Of a DNA stretch of 64,000 nucleotides, positions 53,817 to 64,000 are shown in pieces. The stretch is from Octopus sinensis. Its lineage: Eukaryota. Under the pieces are notes generated by a model. It made no database searches, was not told where the DNA came from, and saw only the letters and a program-made list of their open reading frames with translations. Both the position numbers and the translations under genes were made by a program. The stretch covers positions 59,768,001 through 59,832,000 of the forward strand of contig NC_042998.1 in the NCBI RefSeq assembly GCF_006345805.1. The letters are read 5' to 3'. The first letter of the stretch is position 1; each line of letters opens with the position of its first letter.

Positions 53817-54320
53817 TTGATTTCGCTCAGGTTCGTTCTTATTCCTGGTATGAATTATGTGGGCAGCGGCTTACTACCTATAGCCTTAGGTATCCAAAAG
53901 TTTTCAGCAGATTTTCAAGTTCTTAGAACTCTCCTGATAATCCTTGCTGTCCTTCGGAGACAAACACCATGTAGGAGCTCTACCGGGCATCCTATTTCAA
54001 TCTCCTTCAAACATTTGTCTATATCTTGTCTTACTATTCCCAACGCATGACCTTTACTGTTCATATGCTCCAATTATTCCTGTTTTATATTTTAAGGGAG
54101 TGTATTGTTTTTGTCTTTCTTCCTCTTTGTTTGCGATCCTGAAATCGAATGGGCATGATGGGTCGATAAGAAAGCAAATTCACTTTTCCTTATCTATAAT
54201 CGTTATGTCTGGTCTGTTATTTCCTGATTTCTTGTCGGTTTGAACAGGATATTCCCAGAGAAACTTACATTTCTCCAGCACTCTTTCAACTAGGTGATTG
54301 TAAGATGTGTTTCTAGCTTC
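53817..54320 (-). mobile_element. Dong/R4-like LINE 3' fragment (RLE domain) with TAA tail
   Basis: KCKFLWEYPVQTDKK..NNRPDITIIDKEK.ICFLIDPSCPFD..LRRTARIIRRVL; 3' end abuts the array at 53728-53816. Confidence 0.75.
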
Positions 54321-54349
54321 AAACCCCGTTTCTGACTGGTCCTAAATTA

Positions 54350-54560
54350 TTATCATCTCTGCATTAGCGAAGGCGGGAGATCTTGTTTCAGTCGTATTTG
54401 TTTGTTTGATCGTGGACAGGATATCTCAAGGACCGCTCGATGGATTCGGATGAAACTTTCAGAGATGTTTGGCCTCGTGACTGACACGAACTGACAAAAT
54501 TTGGAAATCAGTCTAGTACCGGACAGGGATTCTGGATTACTTGTTATATTTATTTTACAG
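54350..54560 (+). mobile_element. Crypton-like non-autonomous element, 5' part
   Basis: gcattagcgaaggcgggag..tttgtttgtttg..ggatggattcggatgaaacttt resembles the recalled pattern of these elements. Confidence 0.45.
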
Positions 54561-55074
54561 GATTATGATCTTACGTTGGCTTCCAAGTCTTTCTCAATTA
54601 TCTTCCTTCAGGCAGTTTCCAAAGTTTATTTTCGTTACACTATTATTAATTTTATTCGCGTCTCTACCTTAATAGGAACTGATGGATAAAGAAATCAAAC
54701 CACATAAACAAACGGCACTAAAACGGTTCAGAAATTAAATAACATTAACATATTTTTATAATATATACATTATATACTATACATACATATTGATACTTTA
54801 CAGAATGCTTACATATATACATACATCTATACATCGATCTAAAACAACAGGAATACAAATAAAAGCCGGAACTTAAGAGAAGAGAAAACCAAAAGGTCAC
54901 ATGCAATTCATTTAAAAATTCCCGAGTAGAACTTATTACCTCTGCCTTAGAAACTATTTTGAATAGTGAATTTGTTAACTTTGGCTTGTATTAGATAAGG
55001 ATAAACTATTTATTATTATTACTAAATTTTCTACAGCCACCTTCACATTCCATGACTACCATTGTGATCGTTCA

Positions 55075-55277
55075 GGTACTGGACGAGGATTCTGCATTAT
55101 TTTCCTGTTTTGTTTTTTACTTAATTTTTGAGAGCAGTCGGGTTCATTTTTAGTATTCTCGTTTGTGAGAGCAGTTGAGTTTATATCAGATATTCTTATT
55201 TTTAAAATCATCTCAGGCTAATCGTTGAGAGGACTTTGATGCTACCTTGATGGAAGTTTGCGCTATCTGAGTGCTTT
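55075..55277 (+). mobile_element. Crypton-like non-autonomous element, 3' part
   Basis: Restarts at ggac(a/g)aggattctg (also at about 54520) and ends gaagtttgcgctatctgagtgc. Confidence 0.45.
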
Positions 55278-55329
55278 TCTTCTTCTTCTTCTTCTTCTTC
55301 TTCTTCTTCTTCTTCTCCTCCTTCTTCTT

Positions 55330-55421
<92 letters not shown>

Positions 55422-55460
55422 CATCATCATTATTATTATTACTATTGTTGTTGTTGTTGT
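55277..55460. repeat. (TTC)n(TTA)n(TTG)n compound microsatellite
   Basis: Direct inspection. Confidence 0.95.
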
Positions 55461-55744
55461 TGTTGTTGCTGCTACTACGGCCACTGACGCTACTGCTGCT
55501 GCTGTTATTTTACTTCTCAGAACGTTCGGTCCTGTTTTTCTGGTAGAGTCAGTGAAAGAAGACAGCAGCCTGCTGTCAGAGGAGTTTGTTGTTGTAACCA
55601 TTAAGAGCAACCCCTGTTCTCAAATGGTAATTATTTTAACCGCAACGAAAGGAGGAAAGTCGACTCGGGGTAAATGCACCTTTGCACGTAAGAATTAAGC
55701 TTGAGAATAGAATTTGAATACAAAATCTCTGTATTTTGATCAAT

Positions 55745-56470
55745 CATTCTGCTCATGTTATTACTGTAAGAACTTCCTCTGTTTTTAAGATCTTTAGTAC
55801 ACAGCTTCTGGAATGCCCCTCATCGAGCTCCTGTAGTAATCTGCCATCATGTTTCAGTCCCATCGGCTTTGGTAGCATTCTTCCATTACTTTTAGATCTT
55901 GATGAAAGCGTTTGACTTGTTCTCCTCTAACATCACGCAGCTTCTCTAGACACAAACCTAAGTGAATGTGTTAGGAGTGCAATTAAATGCCAATTCTACA
56001 TCCACATGCTTGCAAACTCAAGAGCAGCTCCTCCACAATCTCTCGATAGCTGTCGGCTTTTCTTTTTAGTGCGTGTCCCATTGGGATTGAGCCATACAAA
56101 TTCCTGTTGTGAAGTAAAACATGTTGCAAGTTGCTTTTAGAGCTGTCAATAAAAAAGTCTCCGCTTAGTGAATCATATGCCAACAGTCCCAAATTGAGAA
56201 GAAGCCCTTCAACATCATTACAATAAACAAGCTGACCATGTGAATATATGAACTTCCATAGTTCTGCTGCTCAGTTATGATAAAATGAGACATAAGTGCC
56301 AGGTTTCAGCAGTCTTTCCTCTTGCAGCCTCTGGCAAATACAAATCACTGACCACATCATTCAATTCAGGTTGACTAAACAGAGAGAAATTATCACAACC
56401 CTTATCACATAGCATAAACTGATTATCTTCATCAGTAGTAAGTGAACTGAGAGCTTCACCATTAGTCTGT
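55745..56470 (-). mobile_element. Fossil DNA transposase, probably Chapaev3 (CMC), internally deleted
   Basis: FFIDSSKSNLQHVLLHNRNLYGSIPMGH and HIHLGLCLEKLRDVRGEQVKRFHQDLKVMEECYQSRW..MMADY; superfamily assignment from recall. Confidence 0.6.
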
Positions 56471-56761
56471 TGCAGCTCAATAAATACAAGCACAGGTATT
56501 TCCCCGGAGAGTGCAACCGGTTAAGGGACAGAGGGGATGTCTGGGTACTGGAAGTGTCGCTTGGTTTTCGTGTTGAACCCTTTTACTTTAACAAGGGAGA
56601 ATTAGCAGTTACCCACATGGTTTGTTACTTCTCTCCAAACCATCGGCACACCAAAGTTGAGCTTCGAATCCATTCATTCAGACCATGATCGCAAAGTTTC
56701 AACATAGTAGGGAGCCTATGTTTTGTCCTGTTCTCCAAGTGCTATTTTAAAGCAAGCAAGA

Positions 56762-57661
56762 TACGTGATCTAATCCATAAGTATCCGGACACTCACTATA
56801 GTAACGGGGCAGAAGCACGGACACTGACGCTGATTGGCACAGATAGACCTTAGACTCTGCTGTGCATGCGCACTAAGTTCTAACGTGTTATCTCAATTTC
56901 GCTGTTTACAGTAATGTTTGGAAGGAACGTGTGCAGCCTATGATCGTTGCATTGATCATGACAAGGAAACTTGAGCAGAGAATCTGCATTAAATTTTGCT
57001 AACAGATTAACGATACCTGCTCAAAGGCCTACGCATAGTTTTCAAAAACTTTTCATCATACTCGACAGAATCAAGAAGTCTTTGTGCAACTTAAATCTGA
57101 GTGTCTTTTTAGTTAGCTGAAAGCAGTTTTGTCACAAACTTAGGAGACACGCATCTCATACCCAAATCGTCACTGATAATGGACTGAAGTGAACCATAAC
57201 TAATCTGCACAGACTGATAACTCACGGAAGGTGATTCGACGATTTACCCTCACAGCTACTCGCACATCTGCGATGTTTTTCTCCGATTTGCTGGTTGCGG
57301 GTCTCCCAGAGCGTTCATCAGTATCGACATTTTTCGGCCTTCTTGGAAACGTCTGAACCACTCGTACACTTATGTGTGGCTCATACACTCCTGTACATGC
57401 ATACACATTCTGCAACTTTGCGTAGGCCTCTGAGCAGGTATCGCCATGAGAACTTTATCCATCTTGGTCAATGCGTCGATAACACGTAACACACGTTACT
57501 TCGAAGCACTGCTGTAAACAGCGAAAGTAAGGTAGAACGTTAAAACTTAGTGCACACACACAGCAGAGGTCAAGGTCAATCTTTGGAAAGCAGCTTTACT
57601 CTGCGTGCTTTAGTGTCGTTACTACGGCAACAGTACGGATACTTATTGATCAGGGCTCGTA
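56762..57661. mobile_element. Two facing 5' ends of one mariner family
   Basis: Left arm 56762-57050 (+) and right arm 57200-57661 (-) share the TIR tacg..ataagtatccg.ac, the leader and the transposase start; right arm encodes HTH-region DERSGRPATS. Confidence 0.75.
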
Positions 57662-57879
57662 TACCTTGTTAACAAAGTTATTCATATTGCGCCTTTGAGC
57701 CTTTGGCACATTTTTGTGCCATCAAATGTTTTGGTCCGTGACGTTTCGCCCACTCTATGCGTCGATACTTTTAGAGGAAATTTGGTTTCGAATGCATTGA
57801 AAATTTGATTTTGCACCCCTTGAAAACGAAGCTGTTAATATATTGTTGGAATACAGGATGATGCTTTCATTCAGGCAAT

Positions 57880-58290
57880 ATATTTCAGCTCAAATCCAAA
57901 CATTTGGTGGGGCAAAATGCAAGGCCCCGAAAATGACGAAGAAACTTGAAGGACTTGCTTATATAAACGTAAAAAGACTGGAAAACAAAAGGCTGGGTAT
58001 TGTAGTCATCTGGAAGGTGAAATCATTAATTGTAATCGGTGTGACATTCTCAATTACAAAAGAGTATAACGAAAAGAAAAGAAAAAGTAGAGCATTGTAT
58101 CGCCCTGCGCATAAAATACTTATTTGCTTGAACCGAGAAGTTAAAAACTGCTGATATATTATTGGAACCTTTGAAACAGTGACAAAAAGAAATCCACAAT
58201 AGTTAACTAGAAAACCTGAACTCACGCTGAGAGTAAATATACTGCAGAAAACTTCTACTAAGTCCAGCAAAAATGATCCGTAACGTCCCA
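57880..58290 (+). mobile_element. Very old RLE-type LINE 3' fragment
   Basis: LENKRLGIVVI..EKKRKS..IIGTFETVTK..VNILQKT loosely parallels the RLE tails at 4900-5200 and 12487. Confidence 0.4.
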
Positions 58291-61200
58291 AACGGTGCCT
58301 ACAATTGCTCAATATCTCGAGAAATGTTATCTGTCTGTCAGGAAATTCAGTGTAACATTAGGGAGTAGACTTGAAATAAGTGAGTAAATTAGCAAATAGA
58401 ATGATGAGAAGTGAGATTTTTCAATGGGACAATCGTGTTTGACATTGCACTAATCTTGTTATCCATTATATTGAACAAAACTAATGAGATCACATCCTGT
58501 TGAAAGAACAGTCCTTACCAGGTTCTTTGCTTTTGCTGAGAAGTCGGTGTTTCAACTTAATCCACATGCTCATTTCTCGTACACAAAATATGTATCAGTG
58601 ATATACTGGGAGCAATCTAGTCAGTTACAACTATCACTTTTTACTGATGCCTTGTTAATCTAATATATCTAATAATTTACCAATTCTATGATGAGAATAG
58701 GACGAAATATCAAATCTTGCATAATCTGAATTCTCTGTCTAAAGATGATAGTATGCACACACTACTGCAGAATCTAATTCACAATTAATTTAGATGTAGA
58801 CACGTTTTATATAATGAATGAACGTGTGTAATCATTAAGCTCGGGCGTTTTATGAAAATTGTCGAGTCTCTAAATAACCACACGTTGGAAGCCTTGTGTT
58901 ACATTCATGGGGGTAAATCTTACTCGTGTTTTCTTGAAGGCACATTGTTTCCCAAAGGAAAAACATTGAACGTAGGAAGGGAGAAGGAAAGTGAAAGCTG
59001 TTTAACTGTCACAAGCGAACATTTGAAATTAAGAGGTGATTGGAAGTTTGTTAAGCTCGGATACAACTGATTCAATTTTGTTATTTTGATTTTCTCTTCT
59101 TTGTTATATCACATATAATTGCCCAAAATGATGCACATACTTTATGAGTTTTCTATTTCGAAATGATATTGGTTTTTAATGGAATAGAAACAAAGATTCT
59201 CTATTTTGCTGTCTCATACGTGGGAAGATTAGGTGTTTATACCCGTTCTAAAACCTTGCAGGTGTAATTATTGTGAAATATCCATAACAACTGAAGTGAT
59301 ACCATGTCCTAGAAATAAAATGAGATATGCAATGAATTTGAGTTTACCGAAAACATCATCGGTCGCAATTGCTATAAAACAGCATTAACTGGATATAAAA
59401 TCAGAGGGAATTAACTTTTCGGTACAAGCTTCATATTTAGAAAAATACAGCAACAATAAATTCCATATCGATTCGTTGATAATGCATAATTTCGTACAAT
59501 TAGGATTCTGCAAGAAGTACAATTACTTCGTTATGCAAAATTATCGTCGTGATAGGAGTCTCATTATCCCAGCTTACAAACATGATTCAGGCTTGTATTT
59601 CTCCATTAGAACCCAGTATTTACAACGACTGATAACATGTCTCAGTATGCTAAGATCTTAGAAACAATCACCAAAGGTTCTAAGAAGATAAACACAATAT
59701 TGTTTAGTAAACTGTGGTGACATTCTCATCGAAGCATTTAAGTCATTTTGTATTATTCTTGTCGTCTTTGAAGTTTGATCAGAGAGGAGAGTGCATCAGC
59801 TAAGGAATGTATTAGGGATCGATAGGAAGAAGGGAGAAAATTGAGACCAGGACTGAATGCTTGCAACAGTGCAGTATTGTTGACTCTATTAATTGCATTC
59901 ATATTCCTCCTGGTATATAGAACTGATGACAAACCATGCCTACCAATCAAGAATAAGAACGATTCCTCCAATAAACCTCCCGATAATTCATTCAACCAAA
60001 TCTAAAAATAACACTCACCTCAAATGCTGCATCACGAGATAGAACGCGAAGCCATGTTGTTGCGTAAAGGACTTTTAACTGCACAACTAGCCCCTAGCTA
60101 TGAAGTTGTGGGCATAAGTTTTGAATGCAGAGGTATCTGTAGATAGAGTTTGAAGATAAAGGATGACACGACAGAATCTGACAGTACATTATTTTGGCAA
60201 CAGGCAGTTTCAACAAGTTGTTGAAATAATTCCCTCGTATTGACGAACGGAATTTACCAGATGAATTAAGTTTAGAAATAATTACTGAGATTATGTATTG
60301 TTCATGGGATATCTCAGCTTTGTATTAAACATTTTATTCCAAAATATACCGGAGTATGACTTTTGATATTTATGAAATAGCTTTCTTTGATTGCTTTTAT
60401 ATTGACGTGGAGAGGATCACAAAGGATCTAATTTATTCTGCTGCATACTTAATACAATATATGTGGCTGCATAAAGTTTACAGTCGGTAATGTCATGACA
60501 TAGTATTTTAATTTAAATGTGCTCAAAAGTAGCTAATAACATGAAATATTTCCAAACGTGCTTGGTACAGTATGCAATAAATTTATTATATCAAGAAGAA
60601 AAACTGTGTCACATACTGAAGTTACCAATAGTGACTTTATCTGATCCTGAAAGTCAACGTCGAAATCGAGCTTCTTGGTTTTCTACGGGCAAAATCTGAG
60701 ACAATCAAAGGCTGTACATAAGAATTCAAGTCATGAAAGTGTGTTTCTACCCTAAGACCAGGAAAGGAACAGGTTACCAAAGAAATGAATTCTGAAAATT
60801 CTAGGTTCAAATAGGAATAATATTAAGATCGAAGAGGTGAATGTTTTAAACAAAGAAAGGTTGAAGCAATTATCTTAATAATTGCAGTAGGCCTTTAGCT
60901 CAGTTACCCTAGATATTACTAGTTGTATTGGAGGGAGCAGTCTCATTGATACTAATTTCAATACTCAATGTCTTATTGCTGTGAACCTTTATACTCTAGT
61001 TGTAGTGGGCATTTAACACGAACCAAAGTATATTGACTCGGTCGATATGTAAATGACGAAATCGAACAGTATAGCTACCTGTCCGAAATGTTATCGACAC
61101 AGCCAATATTATTTCGTATTCTTGGAACTTATCAAAGATTTACTGGTAATTAAATCACACAGAGAATTCCAACGTTAAGCAACAGAACTGCCTATAGAAT

Positions 61201-63411
61201 AATTTTAATTCAGTTATATAGCTGACTGGTCTCTCGGTATCTGGTGATCTGCGATAGTCATAACTGGACAGCAGAGGCGTAAGTGTCGTGTGAAAATTTC
61301 AAGTGCAACGTCAGTTAAGAGACACGAGTGAATCACCACTCATCCATCGCCTTATTACCTCAACTATCAACGATTATTTGCATTTTAGATCAGTCAGAAA
61401 CTGGTTGATTGTGTCTACATACATCTATTGACATACGTCATAGTATGAGTAGGCACTCGTCCATGATTTCGCAGGTTTGTTAAAATATGTTTATTTTATT
61501 TTCTACAGTTGTTATTTGTATAAATGTTAAAATGACAGAATGATCTCCATGAACTGCCTTTACCCTCTACATACAAACTTATCGATTAAACAAGACAATA
61601 TTGTTGTTACGGATGAAAACGTTGTTAGTTTTATTGTTATGGATATAATTCAATTTTATTGATAGGAAATCAATGCAGTTAAAGAAATTCAATTGGAGAA
61701 ATGGCCCAGAAGTTGTAAGACTTAAATCGTTATTGTTCCAATAAATTAACATAGTGACGAAACGTGCTCGTATTAAGATTTTTGTTTCCTACATTTAAGA
61801 TACTAAAGTAGACAAACTTATAAGATATCGAAGTGTGTACAAATACAACAATTAAAAAACACAAATGTTTCTAGGCATTTCTGCAGATACTTTGAATGTA
61901 TAACTCGGTCAAAGGATTTTTGCCTACTAGTAGATTGACATATGCATTTTAACACTTCTTTTGACCTTAGATTTATATATTTTTAAAATATAATTATGGT
62001 TGCGTGCTTATGTATGATTTATACCTACTTAAATCAAGAGAAATAACGTATAGAAACCTAAAATTGACTTTCAAGTTAAAGATCAATAGCGAAGAACGAA
62101 TTTAATGGATTTATTTCTTGTAAATACTTCTTTCGAAGATCAGTTTCGGATTCGTAAACTTTTGTAAGCATCATAAAATTAATTTAAGATGAATGAGAAT
62201 ATATAATATATAATTTGGTTATTGTTTAAAATATTTACTTTCAGAGTAGAATACATTGCATCAAGTGTTATAAAACGTGACAACTTTTAATTGAGTGATC
62301 CTTTTAAAAACTAAACTATACCAGCATATGAACGATACACAACATAATTATACCTTACCGATATTTTTTTTTAATATTATGCGACTAAAATCTTCATTAC
62401 ATTTTTATTTTATTAAAATGGTGTTAATGTTTGACAACAATTATTCGAACGCAGAATCCGTCAATAGATTAGTTTTAAAAAATACTTTAACTCAATCCTG
62501 GTAAGTCTGACATTTCATTTCAATTCTCCCTCTACGTTTTGAACGTACGTTATACTTTCACCACAAAGAGTTGTATTTCTCTTGAAGCCTCAAATCCATA
62601 TTATCAGTAAAGTTTAGCCTCAAAGTAAAAAATATTCAATTGTGTTGGCGCTGAATCATTTACCCAACATGAATATCGAATAATTCGCAAATAATTTTAA
62701 TTAAAAATTATCTTAGTGATAGGTATGATAGGAAAATATCTTCTAATTTATATGCTTGCCTAACAGTTGTTGACAAGAGAAAACACATGCCCTACAGCTA
62801 CTTAATAGGAGAGATCTGCTACAACGTTCGTTATCTGAATTTCCGTTATTTATTCCGTAAGTAATTTATTCCGTAAGTAATTTATTAAATCTATGGAAAC
62901 AAAAGAAAAAAAGTCTACAAATATACCATTGTAAATAATATGGCAAGTTTCAAATTCCATTCTTTTGCATTTGTATAGCACGGGAATTGTCGATTGCTTC
63001 AAGAAGATCGATTTTTTTTCTTTTTAGCTTGTGTAAGCGAGTTAAGATTGTGACAAAATCTCAATATCCTGCAAAGTTATTTATTACACTTGAACCTTGG
63101 ACGTATCATTTCGACATTTAGTGAATATCGAGTAAAGTGATAGACATAATTAAAGCAAATTTTTCTCAACACAATGCACACACACACACATACACACAGA
63201 CGCACACAAATATATCAATAATAATAATAAAGGCGAAATTTTGTTTGTCTGACTGGAACCCTCTATTTCAGTCTACATTTGCTCTACGTAGACATATACC
63301 ATTTGGGAATCAGGATGATCCTAGGTGTGAAAATCTGCCTTTTATTTGGTTCTTGAACATCCAGCGTTGAAATCTAATTTAAAAGCATTTGGGTTGCTAT
63401 TTCTAGCAGGT

Positions 63412-64000
63412 AATAATGTTCGTCCTTCGGTTCGAAGATGACCAACTGACATCATCTGATGGAACTGCCGCCATGAGACCGGAGGTGGCTGGTGAGGCCA
63501 ATCCGGGCAAGGAAGCCCCTCCCACAGGTGGGGCAGAAGTGGGTAGGGGCAGTGCTACTGGTGCAGGCGGCTCTGACTTTACGCATCTGACGTTTCTGCT
63601 CCGCTGACCGAATCCGTCCCTCCTCGGCTGTCCCTGCTCCCACGGTGATTGCGCTGCGCCAGGATGAGCGGTTGGCAGCAAGTGTCTCCCAGGTCTCTGT
63701 TCCGATGGAGAAGTCTTTGAGAGAGACCTTGAGACTATCCTTGTAGCGCTTTTTCTGCCCTCCGACTTTGCGCCTGCCCTGGCCGAGTTCACCGTAGAAG
63801 AGCTGTTTTGGGATGCGAGTGTCGGACATGCGGGAGACGTGGCCCGCCCATCTCAGCTGGGCCTTGCGCATGATTGTGATGGTGCTAGGGAGATCTGCCT
63901 GCTTCAGAACTTCCGTGTCTGGGACTTTGTCCTGCCAGCGGATGTGAAGGAGATTCCGAAGACACCTGAGATGGAAGTGGTTTATCTGGCGCTCGTGCCT
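63412..64000 (-). mobile_element. RTE-clade (BovB-like) LINE 3' end, continuing beyond the window
   Basis: Open frame FHLRCLRNLLHIRWQDKVPDTEVL..KAQLRWAGHVSRMSDTRIPKQLFYGEL..HFCPTCGRGFLARIGLTSHLRSH; short 3' UTR; markedly GC-rich. Confidence 0.92.

Noticed and set aside
62848-62885. 16-bp direct duplication (tttattccgtaagtaa)
   Set aside because: Ordinary slippage duplication with nothing between the copies.

Overview
AT-rich eukaryotic genomic DNA dominated by repeats. The tRNA-derived SINE families and dense (TA)n/(TAA)n microsatellites strongly resemble octopus (cephalopod) DNA; this taxon call is an inference from recalled repeat families. No host protein-coding gene, rRNA, true tRNA or CRISPR array can be supported, and most ORFs in the supplied track are microsatellite or antisense artefacts. 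Recognisable content: three CR1/L2-type LINE remnants, several restriction-like-endonuclease (R4/Dong-type) LINE remnants (some nested in TAA arrays), an RTE/BovB-like 3' end, a Penelope-like fragment, mariner, hAT, probable Chapaev3 and Crypton-like DNA-transposon relics, many SINEs, a possible solo LTR, and a complete type I hammerhead ribozyme (20920-20972). The most unusual structure is 14187-18305. Two diverged elements of about 2 kb each encode only a gag/ORF1-like CCHC zinc-knuckle protein, with no RT. They sit in tandem at one site inside the tRNA-like head of a SINE, with an 11-14 bp target motif repeated at all three junctions. Their 3' UTRs carry repeated hairpins whose sequence resembles that target site.
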